Assembly (NCBI GenBank): GCA_963701025.1
Contig: OY969557.1
Span: 298,405-362,404 of the forward strand
Origin: an uncultured bacterium
GTDB taxonomy: Bacteria > Patescibacteriota > Minisyncoccia > Phycocordibacterales > PALSA-1337
Length of the DNA stretch: 64,000 bases
Direction: 5' to 3'
Every line of letters begins with the position of its first letter. Position 1 is the stretch's first letter. A model generated the notes under the pieces. That model saw only the letters and a program-made list of their open reading frames with translations. It made no database searches and was not told the origin of the DNA. A program made the position numbers and the translations under genes. Below, in pieces: positions 53,090 through 61,671 of the stretch.

Positions 53090-53776
53090 TTATTTCCTAA
53101 ATCTCTTCTTTTTCCACTCATCCATCTTGGCATGATGACCGGAAAGCAGGATCTTAGGCACTTTGTATCTCTTCCCTTTATAAACGATGACTTCCGGCCT
53201 GGTGTAGACGTCGGGACTGGCTATCCGCGACTCCTCGACGGACGAATCATGGCCGAGCGTGCCGGGGATGCGCCGGGTGACGGCATCGATGACGATCATG
53301 GCCGGCAATTCCCCGCCGGTAAGGACATACGGGCCGACGGAGACGTCGATCATGGGAAATGCTTTTTTGATACGGGCATCGATACCTTCATATCTCCCGC
53401 ATACCAATATAATGTCCGTGTATTTCTTATATGAATCGGCGACCGTATTGGAGAATTGCTTTCCTGCCGGGCTGAAGAAAATTATCTTTGCATTTTTTGC
53501 TCCTTTCAATGCTTTCTCGATCGCTCGCATGACCGGCAGTGCCTCGATGACCATTCCCGGCCCTCCTCCATACGGACGATTGTCTACTCGCCGGTCGGTA
53601 TATGTCAACGCGGTCTTTCTTTCTTTTCCAGATTTTTTCGCGGGAAAGACAAAGTCGCGCGGATTGTAGCGTTTGATGGAAATTATTCCCTTTTCCTGCG
53701 CGCGCCTGACGATGGACGCATCCAGGTAAGATTCAAGGCTCTCCGGAAAGAGAGTGATGATGTGGAACGTAGTCAT
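53090..53776 (-). CDS. trmD: tRNA (guanine37-N1)-methyltransferase
   Basis: It has a SPOUT-fold TrmD signature (ITLFPE, RPYGGGPGMV, VCGRYEGID). Confidence 0.95.
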   Translation of the reverse strand: MTTFHIITLFPESLESYLDASIVRRAQEKGIISIKRYNPRDFVFPAKKSGKERKTALTYTDRRVDNRPYGGGPGMVIEALPVMRAIEKALKGAKNAKIIFFSPAGKQFSNTVADSYKKYTDIILVCGRYEGIDARIKKAFPMIDVSVGPYVLTGGELPAMIVIDAVTRRIPGTLGHDSSVEESRIASPDVYTRPEVIVYKGKRYKVPKILLSGHHAKMDEWKKKRFRK

Positions 53777-53792
53777 GAATTGTTGCAGACTC

Positions 53793-54170
53793 CTACCCCA
53801 GCTTCAGATCCGCCATAGCTTCATCGATAGACTTGGAGGCCGGCGATGGGGACGGGGCCGACGAATACGGCGCGCTGGCTGGAGCGGTTCCGGCTGCCGC
53901 CATGCGCTCGGGTGACTTGAGTCCTCCCTCTGGCTCGTTGATCTTGAGATTGACGCGGCTGTTGTTCTTCATGCCGACGACGCGAAGGAGCGTGCGGATA
54001 GACTTGGCGGTGTTGCCCTGGCGGCCGATGATCTTGCCCATATCTGGAGCGCCGACTTCGAGAGTGAGGAGGACGCCCATCTCATCCACTGTTCGACTGA
54101 CTTTGACCTTTTCTGGCTCATCTACTAACGCTTTGATGACATATTCCAAGAACTCTTGGTCTTTCTGCAT
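53793..54170 (-). CDS. khpA: KH-domain RNA-binding protein (KhpA/YlqC family) with Ala/Pro/Ser-rich C-terminal tail
   Basis: It has ALVDEPEKVKV...GKIIGRQGNTAKSIRTLL (a KH GxxG loop) and sits in the canonical position between rpsP and trmD. Confidence 0.8.
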   Translation of the reverse strand: MQKDQEFLEYVIKALVDEPEKVKVSRTVDEMGVLLTLEVGAPDMGKIIGRQGNTAKSIRTLLRVVGMKNNSRVNLKINEPEGGLKSPERMAAAGTAPASAPYSSAPSPSPASKSIDEAMADLKLG

Positions 54171-54249
54171 GATATTCGTATGCTAACTGGTAAAGCCGTA
54201 CAGTTCGCTGTACTTCGGCTATTCTATAAAAAATAATGGGGAGGCGCAA

Positions 54250-54711
54250 CTAGGCGGCGGGGACAGGAGCCGTTTCTGCCTGGGTGGCCGGTGCTTCTGA
54301 TGTAGTGACTGGGGCTTCGGGGGCGACCGCGGGCTTGATCTCTTCGGAGACCGGAGCCTCGGCTACCGGCTTTGCTTCCTCCTTTTTGACTTCTCCTTGC
54401 TCCTTACTTCCTGCTTCTTGCTCCTTTTTTTGCGGCGTCTTCTTCGGTAGGGCGTTCAGCTTCTTGCCTGTGATGACTTTTTGGGAGATGAGGAAATTAT
54501 GCAGGGTGAGCGAGAGCTTGGCGCCTTTCGACATCCAATGCTTGACGGCTTCAACGTCGAGCTGTTTCGCGGCGTCATTCTTGAGCCGGCTGTCATACCA
54601 GCCCAGATTCTCCAGATATTTTCCGCTCTTCGGGCCGTTCTTGGAATCCGTCAAAACCACACGGAACGTCGGTTCGTGCTTGCGGCCGGTGCGCTGTAGG
54701 CGGATCGTTAA
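54250..54711 (-). CDS. rpsP: 30S ribosomal protein S16 with Lys/Glu/Ala-rich C-terminal extension
   Basis: It has MLTIRLQRTGRKHEPTFRVVLTD...GWYDS. The start was chosen at the internal Met. Confidence 0.9.
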   Translation of the reverse strand, partial: LTIRLQRTGRKHEPTFRVVLTDSKNGPKSGKYLENLGWYDSRLKNDAAKQLDVEAVKHWMSKGAKLSLTLHNFLISQKVITGKKLNALPKKTPQKKEQEAGSKEQGEVKKEEAKPVAEAPVSEEIKPAVAPEAPVTTSEAPATQAETAPVPAA

Positions 54712-54745
54712 CATGATATGCGTAGAAGAGGATGGTAACAGAATA

Positions 54746-56008
54746 TCAGTGGCGACGCAAGATGTCACCTATTACCTTTGTTGTTTTGATTATGTCGCTT
54801 TTCTTCGTCCACCTGCCGAAAGAAAAGCGGATGGAGGTCTTACTGTCGGCTCCCATGGCTTTCAAGACATACGACTCGTCTTCGTCGCGTAGGCACGAGC
54901 TTTTGGTCGAACAAGCTATGCCTTTGGCGTCTAATTGCAGAACGAAGAATTCATTGTTTATGCCGGGTATGGATACGTTGAGGATGTGGGGAGAGGTTTT
55001 GGCGCCATTAATGATGATATCCGATCTGATCGCTTGTAGCTTTTCAATAAAGAGGTGGTTCAAGCGCGCAATTCTTATCGATTCTTGAGGCAGAGGGGGA
55101 GGACTCTTCGATTTGCTCCGCTTCAGTTGACTGTAGTGCCCTGTTCCGAGACATCCATTACCGAGGAGTCCGTGCCCAATGATTTCCAACGCTTTTGCAA
55201 AACCCATGATAGCCTGGACATTCTCCGTTCCCGACCTCATTCCCCTTTCTTGGCCACCGCCGTATATGATCGGTTCAATGGGCGTCTCTCGTCTAATAAA
55301 TAGACAGCCGATACCGCGCGGACCATACATCTTACTGCCGTCTAAAGTCAGTAAATCGACGCCCAGACTTTCAAGATTCAAATCCTCATACAAAGCCTGC
55401 GCCGCATCGGTGTGAAAAAGCGGATACACAGAATCAGCCCCTTCGATAGCACCTTCGGCGGCGCGAACGATCTTCGCTTTGCGCGCGTGTCGGACTATTT
55501 TGACCGCTTCGCGAATGGGCTGGACCGCGCCTGTTTCATTATTGACCATCATGATCGATACCAAGAACGTATTCGGCTTGATGGCTTTCTTAAGCTCATC
55601 CAAAGAAATGACGCCTGATGAATTCACGGCCAATCGAGTCACCTCGACACCCTGCTTTTCCAGCATATTCGCCGTCTCCATTATAGAAGAATGCTCGATA
55701 GTGGAAATAATGAGATGGGGCTTCCCTATACCGGCCTGACTGAATGATCGATGTGCCACTCGTCTAGAACCCTCAAGAGCCAATCCATTTGCTTCAGTTC
55801 CTCCGGAGGTAAATACGATCTCATCGCCATGCACATGAAGAAAACCGGCCACCTTCTTCCTTCCTTCTTCCATAGCCTTCTTGGCCGCGACGCCTTCCTT
55901 ATATATAGAAGATGGATTGGCGTATTTTGCCGAAGAATATTTTTTGACCTCGCGGACGACACGAGGATCGATCGGGGTTAGAGAAGCGTAGTCGAGATAA
56001 ATCCTTTT
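54746..56008 (-). CDS. Cysteine desulfurase (class V aminotransferase, NifS/IscS-like)
   Basis: It has a PLP-lysine region (DLLTLDGSKMYGPRGIG), an N-terminal YLDYAS, and an active-site Cys loop near the C-terminus (STKSSCL). Confidence 0.88.
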   Translation of the reverse strand, partial: KRIYLDYASLTPIDPRVVREVKKYSSAKYANPSSIYKEGVAAKKAMEEGRKKVAGFLHVHGDEIVFTSGGTEANGLALEGSRRVAHRSFSQAGIGKPHLIISTIEHSSIMETANMLEKQGVEVTRLAVNSSGVISLDELKKAIKPNTFLVSIMMVNNETGAVQPIREAVKIVRHARKAKIVRAAEGAIEGADSVYPLFHTDAAQALYEDLNLESLGVDLLTLDGSKMYGPRGIGCLFIRRETPIEPIIYGGGQERGMRSGTENVQAIMGFAKALEIIGHGLLGNGCLGTGHYSQLKRSKSKSPPPLPQESIRIARLNHLFIEKLQAIRSDIIINGAKTSPHILNVSIPGINNEFFVLQLDAKGIACSTKSSCLRDEDESYVLKAMGADSKTSIRFSFGRWTKKSDIIKTTKVIGDILRRH

Positions 56009-56062
56009 CATAGTGATGTTATACACTATCCATTATAAGCCGTAAACAAGTATAATGTCGCT

Positions 56063-56542
56063 ATGTCGCTCATCCTCTCCAACCCGCTCCTCATTGCCGT
56101 CAGCATCCTGGGGCTTATCGTCATCGTCCTCCTCGTCATCACCATCCTGATGAATATGAAGCTCCGCAAATTCCTGATCGCCGCCGACGGGGACACTATC
56201 GGCGACTCATTGGAATTCGCCGCGACGAACATCAAAGACCTCCAGGCTTTCAAGAGCGAGCTCGAAGCGTATCTCCTGACGGTGGAGAACCGCCTGAAGA
56301 AAAGCGTCCAATCAGTCCACACGGTGCGCTTCAATCCCTTCAAGGGCGCCGGCGAAGGCGGCAATCAGAGCTTCGCCACCGCTTTTTTGAATGAGGATGG
56401 CGACGGCGTCGTCGTCTCCAGCCTCTATTCGCGCGACCACGTCAGTGTCTTCGGCAAGCCGGTCAAGAAGCATGCGTCCGAATATGAATTGTCGGGAGAA
56501 GAGAAAGAAGCGTTGGCCAAAGCGAGGGAGAAGTTGGGGTAG
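56063..56542 (+). CDS. DUF4446-family protein (N-terminal TM plus conserved domain)
   Basis: It has an N-terminal TM and a central VRFNPFKGAGEGGNQSFATAFLNEDGDGVVVSSLYSRD motif characteristic of DUF4446. Confidence 0.55.
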   Translation: MSLILSNPLLIAVSILGLIVIVLLVITILMNMKLRKFLIAADGDTIGDSLEFAATNIKDLQAFKSELEAYLLTVENRLKKSVQSVHTVRFNPFKGAGEGGNQSFATAFLNEDGDGVVVSSLYSRDHVSVFGKPVKKHASEYELSGEEKEALAKAREKLG

Positions 56543-56923
56543 TTCAGATGAAAAATCTTCGTGACGGTCCTCAAGCTTTCTTTAAAGAAGCCGATTGGTT
56601 TTGACGATTATAAGTAGTGCTTTGCGGGACCGAGGCGTGTTCCCTTGTCGAAAATTCTGCTTGACATAGTGTGCTGTAATAAAATGTTATAGTTTGTCAA
56701 AACGAGGCTCTAAGGCTAAACCTTTTAAAACACATTCCAGTATTTTTGTATATAAAAAAAGCGCGACTGGTAGAGACAGCGCGCAATGAAGATTCAATCC
56801 ATAGAGAACTGCGGGGTGAACGTGAGCAGATGTTCAAACCTATCGAGATTAGCACCCCAGTCCAGGAAAAATACATTAACACCGAGTTTCTCTAACTCAA
56901 CGCATTACCACTCCAAAAAAAGA

Positions 56924-56952
56924 TTGTCAAATCACTCCATTTCTGCTACACT
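56924..56952 (+). promoter_or_regulatory. Putative sigma70-type promoter TTGTCA-N17-TACACT abutting infB start
   Basis: It has canonical spacing. The -10 element ends 10 nt before the ATG at 56963, again implying a very short leader. Confidence 0.35.
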
Positions 56953-56962
56953 CTCCATTCCT

Positions 56963-58552
56963 ATGTCCCCTACCTCTCCCACAAAGAAAGGCCTTATCTC
57001 ACGCCCTCCGGTGGTCGTTGTCATGGGTCATATAGACCACGGCAAGTCGACTCTGCTCGACTACATCCGCAAGACGGACGTAGTGGCCGGCGAAGCGGGC
57101 GGCATTACCCAGCACGTGGGCGCGTACCAGGTGGAGCACACGACGGCCGACGGCGCGAAGAGCATGATCACATTCCTGGACACGCCGGGTCACGAGGCTT
57201 TCTGTTCCATCCGCGAGCGCGGGGCGCAGGCGGCTGACATCGCCATCCTAGTCGTCTCGGCCGAAGACGGGGTCAAACCGCAGACCATGGAAGCGTATAA
57301 AAATATAAAAGACGAGAATATTCCATACATCGTCGCCATAAGCAAGATAGACAAGCCGAATGCCGACGTGAATAAGGCCAAGCAGAGCTTGAGCGAAAAA
57401 GAGATCTATGTCGAGGGCTGGGGCGGCGACATTCCCTGCGTGGCCATTTCCGCCACCGTCGGCACCAGCGTATCCGAGCTCCTCGACATAGTCATGCTCA
57501 TGGCCGAGATAGCGGATCTCAAAACCGATCCGGCGGCGCAAGCCGAGGGTATAGTCATCGAGTCAGAGCGCAACGCCAGATCAGGTATATCCGCGACCCT
57601 CCTCGTCAAGAACGGCGTCTTACGCAACGGATCGTTCGTCGTCGCCGGCGGAGCTTACGCGCCAGTCCGTTTCATCGAGGATTTCAAGGGCAAGAAGATA
57701 CCGGAAGCGACCGCTTCCATGCCCGTAGTTATCACCGGTTGGAGCATGATCCCCGATTGCGGATTGGCATTCAAAATCGTCGAATCAAAGAAAGAAGCGG
57801 AGAAGGCTTCTGAAGAATTCAAAACAGTTGAGAGAGAGCGCGCAAAGACGGCGGCGGATTCAGCGGCGGCATTGGAAAGAGCTTCCACAAAGACTCTTGA
57901 AAAGACCGCGGATGGAAAAGAGATCGAGGCGCCGAAAATCGTGACTTTCCCCGTCATCATCAAAGCCGACGTCATCGGCAGTCTCGAAGGTATCCGCCAC
58001 GAGCTCGACAAGATAACCCACGGCCGCGTGCGCCTGAAGATCGTCTCCGAAGGATTGGGCGAGATCAACGAGAACGACGTCAAAGTCGCCACCGGCGACC
58101 AGAATATCGTCATCATCGGCTTCAATGCCGCTCCGGACAAGAAGGCCGCCGCCATGATCGAACGCGCGGCCCCGCCGATCAATGTCAGGAATTTCTCCGT
58201 CATATACGAGCTCATCGACTACATCAAAGAATCATTCGCCGCCAAGGTGCCGAAGGAATATGTGGAAGAAGTGCTCGGCAAAGCCAAGATCCTGGCCATA
58301 TTCTCCAAGGAGAAGGACCGCCAAGTCGTGGGCGGCAAAGTCCAGGAAGGCGCGCTCGCCTCCGGCGCCGCGGTCAAGATCATGCGCCGCGACAATGAGA
58401 TCGGCCGCGGCAAGATCCGCGAGCTCCAGTCAAAGAAGCAGCGCGTCGACGAGGTGGCCACCGGCTATGAATGCGGTATGATGATAGAGGCCAAAGTCGA
58501 GATCGCCGTCGGAGACAAGATCGAGGCGGTGAGGACGGTCGAGAAATTATAA
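56963..58552 (+). CDS. infB: Translation initiation factor IF-2 (short form: G domain plus C-terminal domains, no long N-terminal region)
   Basis: It has GHIDHGKST, DTPGHEAF and SKID GTP-binding motifs and beta-barrel domains. The start was chosen at the Met at 56963, and the upstream part of the ORF from 56786 is low-complexity and probably non-coding. Confidence 0.9.
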   Translation: MSPTSPTKKGLISRPPVVVVMGHIDHGKSTLLDYIRKTDVVAGEAGGITQHVGAYQVEHTTADGAKSMITFLDTPGHEAFCSIRERGAQAADIAILVVSAEDGVKPQTMEAYKNIKDENIPYIVAISKIDKPNADVNKAKQSLSEKEIYVEGWGGDIPCVAISATVGTSVSELLDIVMLMAEIADLKTDPAAQAEGIVIESERNARSGISATLLVKNGVLRNGSFVVAGGAYAPVRFIEDFKGKKIPEATASMPVVITGWSMIPDCGLAFKIVESKKEAEKASEEFKTVERERAKTAADSAAALERASTKTLEKTADGKEIEAPKIVTFPVIIKADVIGSLEGIRHELDKITHGRVRLKIVSEGLGEINENDVKVATGDQNIVIIGFNAAPDKKAAAMIERAAPPINVRNFSVIYELIDYIKESFAAKVPKEYVEEVLGKAKILAIFSKEKDRQVVGGKVQEGALASGAAVKIMRRDNEIGRGKIRELQSKKQRVDEVATGYECGMMIEAKVEIAVGDKIEAVRTVEKL

Positions 58553-58591
58553 TTCGTAGCATTCGGATATATTTGTAGATTCGAATTATAT

Positions 58592-58915
58592 ATGTCGCAA
58601 AAAGACGAAAAAATAAAAGAAGTGATCCGCGAGCTCGCCGCCGAATTCTTTTCCCGCGAGTCGAACAGGACATCGCTCATAACGATCACCGACGTCGTGC
58701 TGAAGAGCCGCAACAGCCGGAGCATCATCCTCTTCACGGTCATGCCTGCCGACCAGGAAGCCGCGGCTCTCGACTTCATGCATCGCCGGCTCACGGATCT
58801 GCGCGAATACATCGGCTCACATGTCCGGATGATGCGCGTGCCCTTCCTCGAGGTCGCCATAGACAGGGGCGAGAAGAACCGGCAGCACATAGACGAGATA
58901 TCGCGGAATGTGTAA
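58592..58915 (+). CDS. rbfA: Ribosome-binding factor A
   Basis: At 107 aa it has a KH-like RbfA fold signature (IKEVIRELAAEFF...LITITDVVLKS) and sits immediately downstream of infB. Confidence 0.9.
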   Translation: MSQKDEKIKEVIRELAAEFFSRESNRTSLITITDVVLKSRNSRSIILFTVMPADQEAAALDFMHRRLTDLREYIGSHVRMMRVPFLEVAIDRGEKNRQHIDEISRNV

Positions 58916-58926
58916 GATGAAGCCGT

Positions 58927-58998
58927 GGCCACGTAGAAAAGTGGTAATTCGGCGGTCTGCAAAACCGCTATACGCGGGTTCGATTCCCGCCGTGGCCT
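58927..58998 (+). tRNA. tRNA-Cys (anticodon GCA)
   Basis: A cloverleaf folds by hand. It has the acceptor GGCCACG/CGUGGCC, an anticodon stem GCGGU/ACCGC with loop CUGCAAA, a T-arm GCGGG-UUCGAUU-CCCGC and discriminator U. Confidence 0.85.
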
Positions 58999-59055
58999 CA
59001 AGCGAGTGAAAAAGGTAAAATGAAAAGCGTAAAATAGGGACTGAACCTATTTATT

Positions 59056-59142
59056 GCCGGGGTGGCGAAATGGTATACGCGCGACACTTAAAATGTCGTT
59101 TCCTTTCAAATGGAAGTGTGAGTTCGAGTCTCACCCCCGGCA
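59056..59142 (+). tRNA. tRNA-Leu (anticodon UAA), type II with long variable arm
   Basis: It has the acceptor GCCGGGG/CCCCGGC, an anticodon stem CGACA/UGUCG with loop CUUAAAA, a long variable stem-loop, a T-arm GUGAG-UUCGAGU-CUCAC and discriminator A. Confidence 0.85.
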
Positions 59143-60597
59143 CAATAGTTCGATATTGGCATTTTTAGGTACATTGGCGAGCTTCTGATACGGACTTTTG
59201 AATTGGTATTGAGCCACAGTTTTGTTTTTGATCGAAGCGTTCGAAAGTAGCTTTTCTAGCATGTGACGCTTTTCCTGGTCATCAACTTGTAAATACCGTG
59301 CCGAGGCTTTGTTGCCATCCAGAAATACATTTTTGATCTGTTCGAAAGTAGCGACGGTTGGTCCGTTTTTGGCTTGAATGTCACGCATCTGTTTCTTGAT
59401 CTCTACGCGCTTGTTCTCGATATCCAACATCTTGAGCTTGTAGACTTCTTCTCGTATAAGTTTGGAGCTGTAGCCGTCTGTAAGTGTTAACTCTCTTTCT
59501 AGGAGCAGATTAAGCTCGTTAGAGAGGTTTTCTAGGGGCAGTCTGCTACGGTCAGCTTCTTGGTTGTATTTCACCTTGTAAGCCTCGCCGGAGATGGCGA
59601 TCATTTCCTCGTCAATTTTGAGGTCCAGGAATTTCTGTGAGATGAGGCCATCAATGTATTCAGAGCGCATGTATTTTTTGTGTTCTTCGCAGTCACCTTT
59701 GCCGTTAGTGCAGTAGTAATACTTGAAGCCTTTCTTGGTATCGCAGGTAAGAGCACAATTACATGAGGCGCATGAGAGGAAGCCACGAGCCGAATAGAAA
59801 TGCTTTTTGACCTTTGCGTGAAGTTTGCCGGTAAGAACATTCTGCACTTTATCGAATAGATCCTTTGAAATGAGCGGCGTATGTTTGCCCTCGTAGATTT
59901 TGCCGTCCCTTTCCATGAAGCCGATGTAGAATTTATGGGAGAGGTTCCGGTGTATCTGATTCTTGCAGACCTTGCCGCCGGATGAGGTGCGTAGGCCTTC
60001 CGAATATAGGACGTCAGAAACTTGTTTAACGCTGTAGCCGCCGGTAGCATATAGTTCAAATGCGCGGACGATATAGGGTGATATTTTCTTGTCTACCTTA
60101 ATGGTTCTTGTACCTCGATCATTCACATATCCAAATGGAGCCCTACTAGGCCAGCCGCCATGTTCCATCTTGGCTCGATTGCCGCGCTTCACGTTGGTGC
60201 TCAAGTCTCGAATGTATTGATTAGCCATGGCTTGCTCAATGCTCATCAAAAGCACATTATCAGAAGGAAAATAGCTTTTCTCAAATGTCCTGATGCACTT
60301 GATCTTGTCGGTCTGTAGGAGCCACTGAATCTGTCCGCCATCGACTGGATTACGTGTAAGACGGTCAATTTTCCAGCAGAGAATGGCATCCGCTTTGCCG
60401 GCTGAGATCATGGCAATCATTTCATTGAAAATGGGCCTGCCAGGTGCTTTGGCTGATTTCTTTTCGGTTAAAGTTTGCACGATTTCAATGCCTTGAGCCT
60501 TAGCCAGATCGGTGAGTTCCTTTTGTTGCGATTCAAGAGACAGCACCTGCTTATCTTCGGTGTCAGTGGATTTTCTGCAGTAGAGAATGTATTTCAT
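59131..60597 (-). CDS. Large serine recombinase (integrase) of an integrated element, 3' end overlapping tRNA-Leu
   Basis: At 488 aa it has an N-terminal resolvase catalytic domain (YCRKSTDTEDKQVLSLESQ...ILCWKIDRLTRN), a recombinase domain, a Cys-rich zinc ribbon (CASCNC...C) and a coiled-coil C-terminus. Its stop lies 12 nt inside the tRNA 3' end. Confidence 0.9.
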   Translation of the reverse strand: MKYILYCRKSTDTEDKQVLSLESQQKELTDLAKAQGIEIVQTLTEKKSAKAPGRPIFNEMIAMISAGKADAILCWKIDRLTRNPVDGGQIQWLLQTDKIKCIRTFEKSYFPSDNVLLMSIEQAMANQYIRDLSTNVKRGNRAKMEHGGWPSRAPFGYVNDRGTRTIKVDKKISPYIVRAFELYATGGYSVKQVSDVLYSEGLRTSSGGKVCKNQIHRNLSHKFYIGFMERDGKIYEGKHTPLISKDLFDKVQNVLTGKLHAKVKKHFYSARGFLSCASCNCALTCDTKKGFKYYYCTNGKGDCEEHKKYMRSEYIDGLISQKFLDLKIDEEMIAISGEAYKVKYNQEADRSRLPLENLSNELNLLLERELTLTDGYSSKLIREEVYKLKMLDIENKRVEIKKQMRDIQAKNGPTVATFEQIKNVFLDGNKASARYLQVDDQEKRHMLEKLLSNASIKNKTVAQYQFKSPYQKLANVPKNANIELLCRG

Positions 60598-60679
60598 GTA
60601 TGTTAATGATTAGATTGATAATGAAAATTATTAGAATGTAATTGTTGGAAGTGTACTCCTAAAAATTATTCATGACAAA

Positions 60680-61135
60680 TTATTTCGGTGGATTTTCTGT
60701 GGAGAGTTTGTAAATGCGGTGACGAGCTGTGCCTAACCAGTGAGTGTCGTAGCTCTTATCGATCTCCGGCGTGTTCGGATCGACTTCAAAATCTTCCAAC
60801 ATGACGCTCATGGCGAAATTGCTTAATCCGCCGTGAGTGACCGGTCGCTTCAAATTCCTCGAACACACATACGCCTTCTGATTCATAAGTCTATGATCGA
60901 CAAATGACTTAGCCATGTATTTGGCGAGGTAAGATGATAGCCTCTCATTCCCATCAGTCTGCTTCATATATACGAAGCCGTGTCCCCAGAGTCCCGCAAC
61001 CAGTCTTGTAGCTCTTTCTGTGTCAAAGAGACTTTGGGGTAGTCCCCAGAATAGGTGCTTACGCAAGTATTGAATATAACGGCAAAGTATTACTGGTCTT
61101 TCAGGAGCCATCTTCCGGAGGAAATTCTTATTCAA
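60680..61135 (-). CDS. Hypothetical protein with rolling-circle Rep motif-3-like YLAKYMAK (degenerate/truncated HUH replication initiator?)
   Basis: At 151 aa, SSYLAKYMAKS resembles the catalytic-Tyr motif 3 of phiX174-A / microvirus VP4-type Reps (YVAKYVNK). The upstream WGHGFVY is a degenerate HUH-like patch, and motif 1 and the helicase domain are absent. Confidence 0.35.
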   Translation of the reverse strand: MNKNFLRKMAPERPVILCRYIQYLRKHLFWGLPQSLFDTERATRLVAGLWGHGFVYMKQTDGNERLSSYLAKYMAKSFVDHRLMNQKAYVCSRNLKRPVTHGGLSNFAMSVMLEDFEVDPNTPEIDKSYDTHWLGTARHRIYKLSTENPPK

Positions 61136-61194
61136 GTAAAAATTATTTCCTACTATACGATGGCATTGTATTACATGACCTTGGTAACTTTGTA

Positions 61195-61671
61195 ATGAGT
61201 GACGATGGGCTATCTTCAGAGGACTTTTGGACAGAAGATGGAAACTTCATTTTTTGGGGTTATGATGGAAGGTACGAGAGTGCGTTCCGGGGATCACATA
61301 ACGCATCAACTTATGCTTTTATCCCACGAATATTCAAGATCGTAATAAATAACAGAGCGATTCAGATTGTTGATGGACCGGCTATTTCTTCAGCTGTAAA
61401 GAAGATCTATCAACACCAGCTCGACGGGATAAGAAATTCGTTTTCCGAAGCAAGGGCAAATAAGGGGTCGTATGATATTACCTCGCTTGATCCGTTCATC
61501 GTTTATTGGACTGGTATGGCTCGATATCTGTTGTCTGGACAGTCGTTAGATAGTGAACTAAGCAAAATTTCCACAACTCAGAAACTCTTTTTATTAGAAA
61601 TTCCTGCCAATGTTTCTGATCTATATTCGGACGTTAATGCTGGTGGTACTAGTGTGCACGGCACGATTTGA
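61195..61671 (+). CDS. Hypothetical protein (island cargo)
   Basis: At 158 aa it has no recognizable family. Its stop forms an ATGA overlap with the next gene start, which suggests translational coupling. Confidence 0.4.
   Translation: MSDDGLSSEDFWTEDGNFIFWGYDGRYESAFRGSHNASTYAFIPRIFKIVINNRAIQIVDGPAISSAVKKIYQHQLDGIRNSFSEARANKGSYDITSLDPFIVYWTGMARYLLSGQSLDSELSKISTTQKLFLLEIPANVSDLYSDVNAGGTSVHGTI

Noticed and set aside
59601-60059. 152-aa minus ORF
   Set aside because: It lies in an alternate frame inside the serine recombinase gene.
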